DNA of 59,840 nt, the filler included, from Leucoraja ocellata (Eukaryota), in NCBI GenBank assembly GCA_036785375.1. It is 2 parts of 2 records of this genome, joined end to end, with 100 filler letters (N's around TTAATTAATTAA, not from the genome) between each part and the next. Parts side by side here need not be neighbours in the genome. Positions count along the whole stretch, not along the records: positions 1 to 31,203 come from JAWMAR010003093.1; positions 31,304 to 59,840 come from JAWMAR010000388.1. The stretch is one strand, 5' to 3'. Under the pieces are notes generated by a model. That model ran no database searches. It saw nothing but the letters and a program-made list of their open reading frames with translations, and had not been told where the DNA came from. This document shows, in pieces, positions 25,439 to 38,100 of the stretch. Numbering within the stretch: the stretch's first letter is position 1; every line of letters starts with the position of its first letter. Position numbers and translations under genes: made by a program.

Positions 25439-26366
25439 TTGAAACACTCTGTCCAAACCAACACTCTGTAAAATCAACCAAGACCAACCAGTGACCGGCT
25501 GCAGCTGGCTCCCAAAGACAAAGGCACGACATGTTCACAGAGCGACAGAACCAAAGGCGAGAGATGGGCGGGGCCATCATAAGATGACATCGATTGGATA
25601 CTGTGTGAGAGGCGGAACGTGCGGTTGCAGGGCGGAGATGGGTGTAGCGAAATGCCCAGGGCGGGCCAACTGAGGGCGAGCATGCCTTATAATCAACACT
25701 TGCCTTTCACCCGCACACAGCTGAAGGAAATGACCCGATGTAAGTCGTTTCAATGGGGATTTCCGAGAAAAGACATCTGAAATTCGTTACCATACCGAAT
25801 TTATAATCGGTAAATTCATCGATTTGATTTGTCCGTGATCATGATCTCATACTGATACTCTCGAATGCGCCGACAGACAGCGTCAGTTCCTATGATCGAG
25901 GGAGAACCATGTTACAGAGTTACAGAGATAGGTTGAATAATAGGTCTTTATTCTCTGGAGCGCAGAAGGTTAAGGGAGGACTTGATAGAGGTCTTTAAAA
26001 TGATGAGAGGGATAGACAGAGTTGATGTGGACAAGCTTTTCCCTTTGAGAATAGGGAAGATTCAAACAAGAGGACATGACTTCAGAATTAAGGGACAGAA
26101 GTTTAGGGGTAATATGAGGGGGGACTTCTTTACTCAGAGAGTGGTAGCGGTGTGGAATGAGCTTGCAGTGGAAGTGGTGGAGGCAGGTTCATTGGTATCA
26201 TTTAAAAATAAATTGGATAGGCATATGGATGAGAAGGGAATGGAGGGTTATGGTATGAGTGCAGGCAGGTAGGACTAAGGGAAACAAAAGTTGTTCGGCA
26301 CGGACTTGTAGGGCCGAGATGGCCTGTTTCCGTGCTGTAATTGTTATATGGTTATATGGTTATATG

Positions 26367-26411
26367 TTTAGTTTAATTTAGTTTAGTTTAGTTTAGTGTA
26401 GTTTAGTTTAG
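26367..26411 (+). repeat. (TTTAG)n SINE-tail microsatellite
   Basis: Tandem TTTAG units at the end of a minus-strand SINE. Confidence 0.8.
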
Positions 26412-27209
26412 AGATACAGCGTTTAGAGATACTTTAACTTGGAGATACAGGCCCTTCGATCCAGCAGGGGGCAGATATCCACACATATTAGGGACAATTT
26501 TACAATCATGCCAAAGCAATTAACCTACAAATCTATACATCTTTAGGGTGTGGGAGGAAACTATAGCTCCCAGAGAAAACACACGCAGGTCACGGAGAAC
26601 GTACAAACGTCGTGCAACAGCTTGTACATAGCCAGGATAGAACCCGGGTGTATAGCAGCAACTCAACCGCTGCGCAGGCACGCGTCCAACGACTGTCAAT
26701 CACAGTTTTTGTGTGGTCACAATTGATCGTATCTTCCAAATGTATTCGTGGAGCACACAGTACAATATCCCTCTATACATATCCTTTCAGTGCTTCAGGC
26801 AGACGGGTTTTTTAAATACAGGAGTCCGTGCTTTTCAGAAAATAAATTTAATAAATATGATATATTAATAAATAACCATGTCGATGCGAAGGGAATTATG
26901 AGACGGTTAGATTTTTGAAAAAATCTGAATATCGCTGTGTTGGTCAACAGACTAAACTGTTCGGACTTATTCACATCCGAAAACAACCCGACTTTCCCGA
27001 TTGTTTGTTGCAGTTTACCTCCAGGCGAATAAGGGGGCAGCACAATAGGGCAGCGGTAGAGTTGCTGCCTTGGAGCTCCAGGTTCGATCCTGACCACGAG
27101 TATGTACTATATCCCTGTGATTGCTGGGGTTTTCACCGGGTGCTCTGCTTACCTCCCACACACAAGGTAGAGGGTTGTAGATTGTTTAAGAAGGAACTGC
27201 AGATGCAAA

Positions 27210-27359
27210 GGTACACAAAATGCTGGAGAAACTTAGCGGGTGCAGCAGCATCTATGGAGCGTAGGAAATAGGCAACGTTTCGGCCCGTAACGTTGCCTAT
27301 TTCCTTCGCTCCATAGATGCTGCTGCATCCGCTGAGTTTCTCCGGCATTTTTGTGTACC
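27210..27359. repeat. About 150-bp near-perfect palindrome built from a recurrent repeat family
   Basis: GGTACACAAAATGCTGGAGAAACT...GGAAATAGGCAACGTT is mirrored by AACGTTGCCTATTTCC...AGTTTCTCCGGCATTTTTGTGTACC. Related copies lie at about 37945, 47400-47570 and 53512-53640. Confidence 0.8.
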
Positions 27360-28044
27360 ACCGGGTTGGAGATTAATTGGCTTCGTTAAACATTGTAAAT
27401 TGGTACGGTATGGTATTTAGTTAGAAACATAGAATCATAGAAAATAGGTGCAGGAGTAGGCCATTCGGCCCTTCGAGCCTGCACCGCCATTCAATATGAT
27501 CATGGCTGATCATCCAACTCAGTATCTTGTTCCTGCCTTCTCTCCATACCCCCTGATCCCTTTAGCCACAAGGGCCACATCTAACTCCCTCTTAAATATA
27601 GCCAATGAACTGGCCTCAACTACCTTCTGCGGCAGAGTATTCCAGAGATTCACCACTCTCTGTGTGAAAAATGTTTTCCTCATCTCGGTCCTAAAAGATT
27701 TCCCCCTTATCCTTAAACTATGACCCCTTGTTCTGTGCCGAGGTAAAGTGAAATTCATTTTCATATGCCGTTCAATACACGTATCAATATACATGAGCAC
27801 TTAGATACATATCAGAGAACCATCTCAGATATAGTCCAAGTGTAAACCAGTCGTACAAGCAGCGCCATTGTTCAGTCCTAGTAGTTGTAATTGTCCCTGG
27901 TGTGCAAGATAGTGCTACTGTGTGGGATGATCCGCGGGTAATCGGTGTTCGTAAGGATCCACTTCCGCGTAGTATCTCTAAGGTCTAAAATCTAATGTCT
28001 AAAGCTATCTTTTATTGAGGCAGCCCTTTCTGTTTTATGACTAA

Positions 28045-28060
28045 GTGCGCCCTCTAGCGA
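28045..28060 (-). promoter_or_regulatory. CTCF-like motif 25 nt beyond the V4 RSS nonamer
   Basis: Minus strand TCGCTAGAGGGCGCAC versus CTCF core CCASYAGRKGGCRS. A degenerate copy, TCGCCAGCGAGCGCTC, lies at the identical offset after V3 (24844-24859). Confidence 0.55.
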
Positions 28061-28085
28061 TCGATTATGACAAACACCGAAGGTG

Positions 28086-28124
28086 GGATTTTGTTCGAGC
28101 CCGCGGCACATTTGCACCAGTGTG
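28086..28124 (-). other. 23-RSS of V4
   Basis: Minus strand: CACACTG (28124-28118), 23-nt spacer, ACAAAATCC (28094-28086). Confidence 0.9.
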
Positions 28125-28601
28125 TATCGCATAGCACATATGTACAGGGCGGAATCGGAGAACAAGCCGTCACGTATCACGAACTCGCCCGTCTTTGTAG
28201 TTGTATTGAATGTAGCAGAGTATCGATCTGTGATGCCCTTCGCCCTGTATACGTTATATCCTATAACCTGAATCAGGTACTGCGGAGAATGTCCAAGGCA
28301 CTGCTTGTACCAGTAAACAAATGGGAGGGAATCGCTGGTTTTCAGCAGGCACTTGAGTGTTACATCCGTTCCCTCTGCAAACGCGGTGTCTGCTTCGGTC
28401 TGTTCCACCGCATTTTGATGGCTCCAGTCTAAGAGAAAAGAGAAATTGTCAGAATCACCATGATTGAACCGGCATCAGCATTATCTTTACATCGGCAGAA
28501 ATCAGGCGATAGCATTCGTGGGAAGACAGGATTTTTACTGGGTGAAAATCCTTACTGAGAAGAGACATGAGAACAAAGATCGGGAGGCGGTGTTCACACA
28601 T
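28125..28601 (-). CDS. TRAV: TCR alpha/delta variable segment 4 (leader 28601-28556, V exon 28428-28125); paralogue of V3
   Basis: Leader MCEHRLPIFVLMSLL ends at A|GTAAG. Reads WSHQNAVEQTEADTAFAEGTDVTLKC...FVYWYKQCLG...SDSALYICAMRY, then a 23-RSS. Confidence 0.9.
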
Positions 28602-30600
28602 AATGGGCACGATTCTGTAAGTAACCAGTCTTTGAAACACACTGTCGGATCAAATATGCTAACTGTAGAACCAGCTAACTCAACCAGCTCCGACCGGCTG
28701 CAGCCGGCTCGCAAAGATGAAAGGAAGCAATGCTGCCAATGCGAATGAACCAAACGCGAAGTGGGCGGGGCGGTCACAACATGAAACGGGTTGGAGAAGG
28801 GCCACCCTACTGAGCTGCGCGGGCCTATGACTCATAATAATGACATAGCTATTGAGTTATGAAACTACCGACACTGGTTTAAATCGAAGGTAGACACAAA
28901 ATGCTGGAATAACTCAGCGGGACAGGCAGCATCTCTGGAGTGAAGGAATGGGATTTGCTGTCTCGCAGCACCAGAGACTCATGTATATGAAGGGGGCGTT
29001 GCACTGCTACCAGCGTCTACCTGCAGTCTGTCCGTTTTTTCCCATCATTTTTATTTATTTTAGTTTGTCTAAACAGTTTATTTTGGGCATTCTTTAGTTT
29101 TTCCATGTGGGGGAGGGGGGAGGGGGGCAGGGTAAGGGGGGAACCGTTTACCAGTGCTTCCTGGCGAGGACGCGACTATTTCTCTGTGTAGCGTCCTCGC
29201 CGCCCCGCACCCCCCCCCCCCCCCCCCCCCCCCCCTCACCCCCATCCTCGCGGCCTACCACTGGATCGGAGCGGCCTTTCCTACCGGAGACCAAGGGCCA
29301 CCAGCATGAAGCTCCACCCGGCGCGGCCTGAGGACGTCGGGAGCCGCGGACCTCGGTGGGCAGAGGCCGAATCGGAGGTCCAAGCCGCTGAGGTAGGTCT
29401 CCCGTTCCGATGCCGGAGTTCCATCACCCCGGCGAGTGGGCCTGAGCGGCGGGCTGCCCATAGCGGCGACTGCGGAGGGCTCCGGAGGCCACGACCACGG
29501 GTGAAAATCAGGACCATCAGAGGAAGATGACTGGCTTGGATGCCTTCCCTCACATTGGGAAACATTTCGATTCTGCTGTGTGGGGATGTTTTCTGTTAGA
29601 CTCTATTGTGCTTTGTGTTCTTTATTTTACTGTGTGGCAGTATGCAAAAACAAATTTCAGACATCGGTCTGACAATTAAGTGCAATCGTATCGTATCGTA
29701 CGTTACAGCCTGATATTAGGCGCTGGCTGTGTGGAGTTTGCACATTCTACCTGTAACCACGTGGGTTTCCTTCGGGTTCTCCGGTTTCTTCCCACATCCC
29801 AAAGACGTACCGGTTTGTAGGTTCATTGGCATCTGTAATTTGCTCAATGTGCGCTAGAGTGGACACCAAAGTAGAAGGGCATGGAACCAGTGTGAACGTG
29901 CGTTCGGGGATCGGCATGGACTCGGTGGGCCGAAGTATCCGTTTCCTTGCTGTATCTTCCAATCAATCAATCGCACTGAATCCTCTGTCTGATTCGATAA
30001 ATTATAGACATACGCTTAATGATGCCGAAGAGCGAACGTGGCAATATCAATTGATGATATATAAGTTATTGTTAACTGGTACGCGGAGCGCTGTCGTATT
30101 ATGGTAATGATCAGCAATAAAATGTGCGTTGATTAGGGCTAAGATCAGGTGAATAGATAAGGGATATTGTTCAACAGTCACTCAAACAGGATCCATTATA
30201 ACGCGTAAATGGCATTGTTTTAAACATTCGGGGTGAGAATACGTCCGTTATACGATCCTGCAAGTCACGATAATACCTAACTTTCTATAATAGCTCACAA
30301 TCAGGGCGTGCGAAGAACTCAGCGGGCCACAAAACAAGCGCGGAAGCAAAACATGTATTGCGGTAGAGTTATTGAGTCACAGAATGAAACAGCGAGGAAA
30401 TAGGCCCTTCGGGCCTTCTTGCCCACAAAGACCAGCATGTCCCAGCATGTCCCAGCTACACGAGTACCAACTGCCCGCATTTGGTTTATATCCCAATCCA
30501 AATCTGTCCTGTCCGTATACCAATCTAACTGTTTCTTAAACATTCGCATTGTCCCAGCCTCAACCACCTCCTGTGACAATGGAACAGGTTCAAGGATCTG

Positions 30601-31200
30601 TGTAGTAGAACTGAAAAAAGGCAAATTCGTCCGTTAAGTTATAAATCAGTTTTATTCGCAAGAGAGAGAACAAAACCCGTCTTACAGCACAGCAGCGCAC
30701 CTCTCTCTCTATCTGCTTCCGTCTGCGGCGCTGATTGCAACCCAGCCCGTCGGTGTACCCTTCTCGTCAAGAATTACCTTATAGCTTACCGGCGCCTGAC
30801 TTTATACAGGCCGAGATCATAGACACATAGAAACATAGAAAATAGGTGCAGGAGTAGGCCATTCGGACCTTCGAGCCTGCACCGCCATTCAATATGATCA
30901 TGGCTGATCATCCAACTCAGTATCCCATACCTGCCTTCTCTCCATACCCCCTGATCCCTTTAGCCACAAGGGCCACATCTAACTCCCTCTTAAATGCAGC
31001 CAATGAACTGGCCTCAACTACCTTCTGTGGCAGAGAATTCCAGAGCGAACCAGACGTTGACTTAACCGCCGGTAGTCCTGGCCGATAGCGCTGCTCCAAA
31101 ATTTAAATTACAACCAATGACAGGGGACTACATCCGAGCAAGCTCCCCCTTTGGAAACAAATCGCTATCAGCCGCAGACTTGGCGCGCCAAGGTACTACA
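30601..31200. mobile_element. Possible solo LTR interrupted by a CR1 3' fragment (about 30820-31043)
   Basis: Termini TGTAGTA...TACTACA (TG..CA with a 7-bp inverted repeat) and AATAAA on the minus strand at about 30651. No target-site duplication is visible before the linker. Confidence 0.35.
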
Positions 31201-31203
31201 GAG

Positions 31204-31303
31204 NNNNNNNNNNNNNNNNNNNNNNNNNNNNNNNNNNNNNNNNNNNNTTAATTAATTAANNNNNNNNNNNNNNNNNNNNNNNNNNNNNNNNNNNNNNNNN
31301 NNN
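31204..31303. other. Artificial contig linker (44 N + TTAATTAATTAA + 44 N)
   Basis: Exactly 100 nt and symmetric. TTAATTAATTAA gives stops in all six frames and is a standard pseudomolecule spacer. Confidence 0.95.
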
Positions 31304-31696
31304 ACCAGGACAATCGCTGTGACTGAACTCTGCTTTCAGGATCTCCCTGTCTCCATCACAAAATGTAGACTATGCACAGACGTCCATTAATACCCGCTGA
31401 CTCAGTTACTTTGACTGCATCCTTCCAATCTGCCTCTTGCAAGGACACCATCCCTTACTCTCGATTTCTCCGTCTCAGTTACTTCTACTTCTACGATAAC
31501 GCTTTTCACCCAACGACATGCGAAACCTTCCTTTAATTTCAGTAGCCGTGCTTTAGCCGTGCAGTTGAGGATTACACCTCCATCCATATCTTCCCTGTGT
31601 CTCACAGTTCTGCTCTCGCTCTCCCTTCCTCAGACGGAACAAGGGTAATGTTCCTCTGGGCCTCGCTTTTCACCACACCAGCCTGCACATATAATA

Positions 31697-32625
31697 CGTT
31701 ACTGTTTGTTATCTACATCAATAATTTGGATAGGAACATACAGGGCAAGATTAGCAAGTTTGCTGATACAAAAGTGAGTGGTTTTGCAGATAGTGAAGAT
31801 GGTTGTGAAAGATTGCAGCAGGATCTGGATCAATTAGCCAGGTGGGCGGGAGGAATGCTTGATGGAATTTAATACAGAGAAGTGTGAGATGTTGCATTTT
31901 GCATCCTCGAACAAGGGCAGGACCTACACAGCAAATGGTCGGCCTCTGGTTAGTGTTGTAGAGCAGAGGGATCTAGGAGTACAGGTGCATGGTTCCTTGA
32001 AGGTCGTGTCGCAGGTAGCTAAGGTAGTTAAAAAGGCTTTTGGCTCTTTGACCTTCATCAATCAGAGCATTGAGTATAGAAGTTGGGAGGTCATGTTGTA
32101 GTTGTATAAACAGTTGGTGAGTTTAGAATATTGTGTTCAGTTCTGGGCACCATGTTATAGGAAAGATGTTGTCAAGCTTGAAGGGGTTCAGTAAAGATTT
32201 ACGAGGATGTTGCCAGGACTAGACGGTGTCAGCTATAGGGAGAGGTTGAGTAGGCTGGGTCACTATTTCATGGAGCGCAGAGGATGAGGGGTGATCTTAT
32301 AGAGGTGTACAAAATCATGAGAATAGGGGAATCGAGGACCAGAGGACATGGGTTCAAGGTGAAGGGGAAAAGATTTAATAGGAATACGATGGGTAACTTT
32401 TTCACACAGAGGGTGATGGGTGTATGGAACAAGCTGCCAGAGGAGGTAGATGAGGCTGGGACTCTCCCATCGTTTAAGAAACAGTTGGACAGGTACATGG
32501 ATAGCACAGGTTTGGAGGGTTATGGACCAAGCGCAGGCAAGTGGGACAAGTGTAGCTGGGACATCGTTGGTCAGTGTGGTCAAGTTGGGCCGAAGGGCCT
32601 GTTTCCACACTGTATCACTCTATGT
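31697..32625 (+). mobile_element. CR1-type LINE 3' fragment
   Basis: LFVIYINNLD...ISKFADTKV and RGDLIEVYKIM...ESRTRGHGFKV. Confidence 0.85.
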
Positions 32626-33199
32626 TTCTCTGTCTCTATCTTTCCGTTTCCGCCCCTTCCGCTTTCCAGAGCGACCACATTGTTCGCAGTTGCTTGGTCT
32701 GGTCGTCTCTCCCCACCGAAACCGCTCCATTCCCAAGCATTTCCCCTACATCCGCATGGAATGTAACGCCTGACCCGACAGCTCCTGTTTCACTTCCACC
32801 AGCCACACAGGCAGTCGTCCCAGTTCAGACTGAGATTCACATCTACCTCTGCAGATCATGTGTGCAGCATTTGTTTCCCGTGATGCTCATTCGTGTACAT
32901 TGGTGAGACCAAGAGTGACCAGGCAACCGTTTTGATGACCATTATGCTCTCTCTGTAAAGTTCACAGTCAGTTAAGCTCTGTTTCCCATTCCCACACCGA
33001 GCATCTTCCATTGTCAATCTTGGCCTCACACACAGTGGAGAGCAGCACCCGATGATGATCCACTTGGATATCTTTCAATGGAACAGTATAAACACCGATT
33101 TCTTCAATTTAGAATCATAGCACCCTGCACACGCTCTCTTCCTCATTCTTGTGCCCATATTTTACTCCCCAGCCCCCAGCTCTCAAGTCACCTTCGTCA

Positions 33200-34425
33200 T
33201 TTAAATTTAAAAAAACTACCTGCGCTACATGAACGACTGCATCGGTGCCACCTCCTGCACCAATGCAGCACTCACTGACCATTAATGTCACAACCAAATT
33301 TACATCCTGCACTGAAATTCACTTGGACCATCCCCGACATCTCCATGCCGTTTCCAGATCTGACCGTCACCATCACAGGAGACAGGCTATCGACTGACAT
33401 CTATGACAAACCCACTGACTCTCATTGCTATCTGGATTCTTCCCAGCCTGTTTCCTGTCAAGACTCTCTGCCTACTCCCAATTCCTCCTCCTACGCCGCA
33501 TCTGCGCCCATGATGAAGTGTTCCATACAAGGTCATCCGAGATGTCCTCATTCTTCAGGGAATGGGGATCCCCTCTTCCATTATAGATGAGGCTCTCATT
33601 AGGATCTTGTCAACATCCTGCAGCTCCGTTCTTGCTCTCCCTCCCCCCATTCGTAACAAGGACAGATTCCTCCTTGTCCTCGGCTTCCACCCCATCAGCT
33701 GCCGCATATAGCACATAATCCTCCAACATTTTCGCCATCTCCAACAGGATCCCACTACTAGCCATCTCCACCCCTTTCTGCTTTCCGCAGAGACAGCTCC
33801 CATCGCAAATCCTTGGCCAACTCCTCCCTTGCCACCCAGGTACTTTCCCCTGCAACACCTGTCCCTATACCTCCCCATCAACTCCATCCAAGGACCCCAG
33901 CAGTTTTGTCAGGTGAGGCAGAAGTTCACTCACCTCCTTCAACCTCATCTACTGTATCAGCTGCTCCAGGTGTGGATTCTTGTATATCGGCGAGACCAAG
34001 CGTAGGTTCAGCGATCATTTCGAAGAACACCTCTGCTCAGTCCACCTAAACTTACTTGATCTCCCGGTTGCTCAACACTTTAACTCACCCTCCATTCCCA
34101 CACTGACCTTTCTGTCCTGGGCCTCCTCCATTGTCAGAGTGAGGCCCAGTGCAAATTGGAGGATCATATGTTGCTTGGACAGCTTACACCCCAGCGGTAT
34201 GAACATTGACTTCTCTAACATCAAGCAGCTCTTGCTTTTCCTCTCTGGCCATTCCCTTCCCCTTCCCAGTTCTCGCACCAGTCTTGCTGGCTCCAACTAC
34301 ATTTTAACTCTGTACCGCCCACTCCCCTGACATCAGTCTGAAGAAGCCCGAAACGTCACCCATTCCTTCTCTCAAGAGATTCTGCCTGTCCCACTGAATT
34401 ACTCCAGCATTTTGTGTCTATCTTC
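33200..34425 (+). mobile_element. Penelope-like element remnant (RT C-terminus plus GIY-YIG endonuclease)
   Basis: HPALKFTW...LSTDIYDKPTDSH.YLD and YIGETKRR..DHF.EHL....VAQHFNS. Related fragments lie at about 31304-31690, 32770-33110 and 54600-55030 (the last in the JH-CH1 intron). Confidence 0.75.
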
Positions 34426-34599
34426 CACCTATTGTTTGCCAAACTTTTTCCTGCCGCACCCACTCTTTTCCAGTTTTCTCCCCACCCCGACGGCAATTAC
34501 TCAGAAGAAAGCATTCCGTTAGGACGCGTCATCTGTCCAGCCCCTCCATAGATGTTCATTGGCTCGCTGAAATGCTACATCAGTTTGTGTATTGCTTGA

Positions 34600-35115
34600 A
34601 AAGAGGAGATTCTTGCTATTGAGGGAGTGCAGCGTAGGTTCACGAGGTTAATTCCCGGGATGGCGGCACTGTTGAACGAATGCAGTGACTGGGCTTGTAT
34701 ACTCTGGAATTTAGAAGAATGAGAGGGGATCTTATTGAGACATATAAGATTATTAAGAGATTGGACACGCTAGAAGCAGGAAACATGTTCCCGATGTTGG
34801 GGGAGTCCAGAGCCAGGGGGCACAGTTTAAGAATAAGGGGTAGGCCATTTAGAACGGAGATGAGGAAAAGCTTTCTCACCCAGAGAGTTGTGAATCTGTG
34901 GAATTCTCTGCCTCAAAAGTCAGTGGAGGCCAATTCTCTGGATGCTTTCCAGAAAGAGTTAGATAGAGCTCTTAAAGATAGCGGAGTCATGGGGATATGG
35001 GGAGAAGGCATGAACGGGGCACTAATTGTGGATGATCAGCCATAATCACAGTGAATGGCGGTTCTGGCATAAAGGGCTGAATGGTCTACTCCTGCACCTA
35101 ATGTCTATTGTCTAT
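34600..35115 (+). mobile_element. CR1-type LINE 3' fragment
   Basis: YTLEFRRMRGDLIETYKII...RVVNLWNSLP. Confidence 0.85.
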
Positions 35116-38100
35116 TGTCAATCGAGAAACACTGCAGAAAGATGCTGACCCATCATTCGTGGTCGCTTCGCTCTTCCATAATATCACGGCGGATGCCGTC
35201 TAAGAATCCTCATCACCTTTTCACTCATTCCACGTACTCCTTGCCTTATTTGATTTTTTTTAAACTCCACCAGCATCCAATTGAAATATTGTCAATATAT
35301 TCATATCCATTGTTTTCGGGAATAGAGAATTCCAAAGTGCCGCAACTCCTTGTCACAAATTACTCTTAGTCACCGATTGCATTAGCTACCCCTTATTCTG
35401 AATCCACGCTCCTTAGTCCTGAACACCACTGTAGAAAAAATAATCTCAACAGCTAGCCCATCAACCCAGCTCAGAATATTAACAATAGTAAGGTCATCTC
35501 TAAGCCTTTGAAATGTTATGCAGTGGCCTCTTTCTGTTTATCTGCCCCTCCACATCATTTTGTCATGCAAGAATCAGCTTAGTGAACCTTGCACTACCAT
35601 CCTTACAATAGTCCCAAGCATTGTATTTCGGTATTAGAAATGTCTCCAGACATGATCTCATTAGAAACCTATAAAACGTCCCATCGTCCGTATCCTTCCT
35701 CCAACCATCTGCCAATCGATATCCTCACCTGCACTCTCCCTAACCCTAACCCTATCCCGACCCCAGCGGTAGGAATATTGATCTTCCTTATTTCCTCTAA
35801 CCGTTGCAATCCATCAGTCCCCTTCCTCACCCACCCAGTCATCCTACTAGTTTCACTGTCGTCCTGCTTAGTTTTACGGCTTGTATGCACTTGTTATCAC
35901 CTTTTCCACAGCCAACAAGAGGCCATTGTGGGCTCCACCATTCCTTGATCGTTGGGCTGGATTTGATTTGTTCTTTTCGTAACTTTCATTAACTTGTTAT
36001 TTGTACCCTTACATGCCTCTAGTTTCCCCCCCTCCCTTGATGTTTAAGCCAAAAAAGTAAGAATGTTATCCAATATTAGTATATCTACTATTTCCCCTCT
36101 CCTCTGACTCAGTCTGAAGAAGAAGGGTCTGGAGCCGAAAGTCACAGATTCTTTTTCGCCGGTGATGCGACCTGAGCCCCTGAGTTACTCCGCCATTTGT
36201 GTCTATCCTCTTTGTAAACCAGTAATTGCAGATCCTCCCTACACATTTCCTTCACTTATCACTTCCCAGGCTTTATCCGGTCCCCACCTCTATTCACCAG
36301 TTAATGGAGGAAATAATCTCAGCAGGTACCACAAACTGCTTATTTATCCCACTTCAATACAAGCTTCATTCCATTAGCCTCCCAAGACGGCTGCTGCACC
36401 TCCGGTTAATATTTTATGTGTCATAATCTGGTTGCTCAGAAATGTTTGCACCACAAAATTTTGAAGGTACACCTCACTGAAATAATATTGTCAGTACTTG
36501 CTTTCCTTCTTCATTTCCAATATGATGTCCTCAATGTTTCATAAAGCATCGTCCAATTTGGTACCCATTGTACACATCACACTGCAGGTTCTTTGTGTTA
36601 GCCTGACACTTCTCACCGGAACTCTGTGTGTGCTGTCAAAAGGCCTAAACACGGCAATCGGTCCATTTATTGAAGTTATTAATATGCATTGTAAACAATT
36701 GACATATCATCACTGATCTATGCAAGTACCTCATCCAAAAACAAACCAGGACACACATTCCATCCTCAAAGACTTACGACAACTTTGTCAAAATACCGTT
36801 GCTTTTCAAAAAATGATGAACAATCTGTTAGAAGCACTTATGAACCCTAAGCACCCAGATATTATCTGCTTAATCATGGCATTCAATATCTCCCCTCTGA
36901 TAGATGTTCGACTATTTGACATTTTTCGTGCTCATTTCTGGCTCTCCTTCTTAATCGTAGTCACTTTTGCAGTTTTAACTAAATTAGAGTTTTTCCACAA
37001 TGTTACATCATTTGCAAATGTTATTTTCTAATACATTATAATCCATACTCTCTCTCTTTGTCTACATCTACTTATTTCTAATGCTCACATTCAAGTCATT
37101 CATTTTCTCTGGTGATTCAGCGTACTTTCATAAGTTCAGATATTCATGAATCATAGCGGCATAATTATATAATTCGGCCCGTCGAGTCTACTCTGCCATT
37201 CAATCGCCGCTGACTTATCTTTCTCTCTCGTACCCATTCTGCTGCCTTTCCGCCAAAGCCCTTGACTCCTTAACTAAACACAAATCTGCCAATCTCCGCT
37301 TTAAAACAGAACCATATAACTTGGCCTCCACGGCTGCCCGTGGTAATGAATTCCACAGATTCACCGGTGATTAAATAAATTCCTCATTTCCTTTCTAAGT
37401 CTATGTACTTTTACACTGAGGCTGTGCTCTCTTGTCCTAGACTTTCCAATGAGTGGAAACATCCTCTCCACATCAACCCTCCTCGGGCCTTTCAATCTCA
37501 ATCAGTCGCAATAAGGTCTCACCACATCCTTTTAAAGTCCAGCGTGCATCGGCCTAGCGCTGTCAAACGCTCATCAAAGGTTACCCCAATCATCCCCAGG
37601 ATCATTATTCTAAGCCTCATCGGATCCCTCTCCAAGTCCAGCTTATCCCTCCTCAGATACTGTATGGGCCCAAACTCGGCTCAACATTTTCCATATCCTT
37701 GTTGGCCAATTCTACCAACCTGTCCAGTTCATCTGCAGGCTCCCTGCTTCCTCTACACTACCTGTCCCTCTACCTATGTTCATATCATCTGCTAACATGG
37801 CCACAAAGTCAAGTGCTTTGAGATTTTCTGCATCTATAAGCTTCGATAATTTACGGTGATGTTAAAATAGATGCAAGATGCAGTATTTCCATCATTGCAG
37901 GTTTCCATCTTTCTTTTAACAGAGAACCAAAGTGATTAACCAGTCTAAAGAAGGGTTTCGGCCCAAAACGTTGCCTATTTCCTTCGCTCCATAGATACTA
38001 CCTCACCCGCTGAGTTTCTCCAGCACTTTTGTCTACCTTCAATTCTCCAGCATCTGCAGTCTCTTCTTGAACACCAAAGTGATGATATCAGTTGATAATG

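Noticed and set aside
9333-28428. NAR-TCR supporting V or IgNAR/IgW identity
   Set aside because: All four TCR Vs have their own leaders, and the four C domains plus tailpiece are mu-type.
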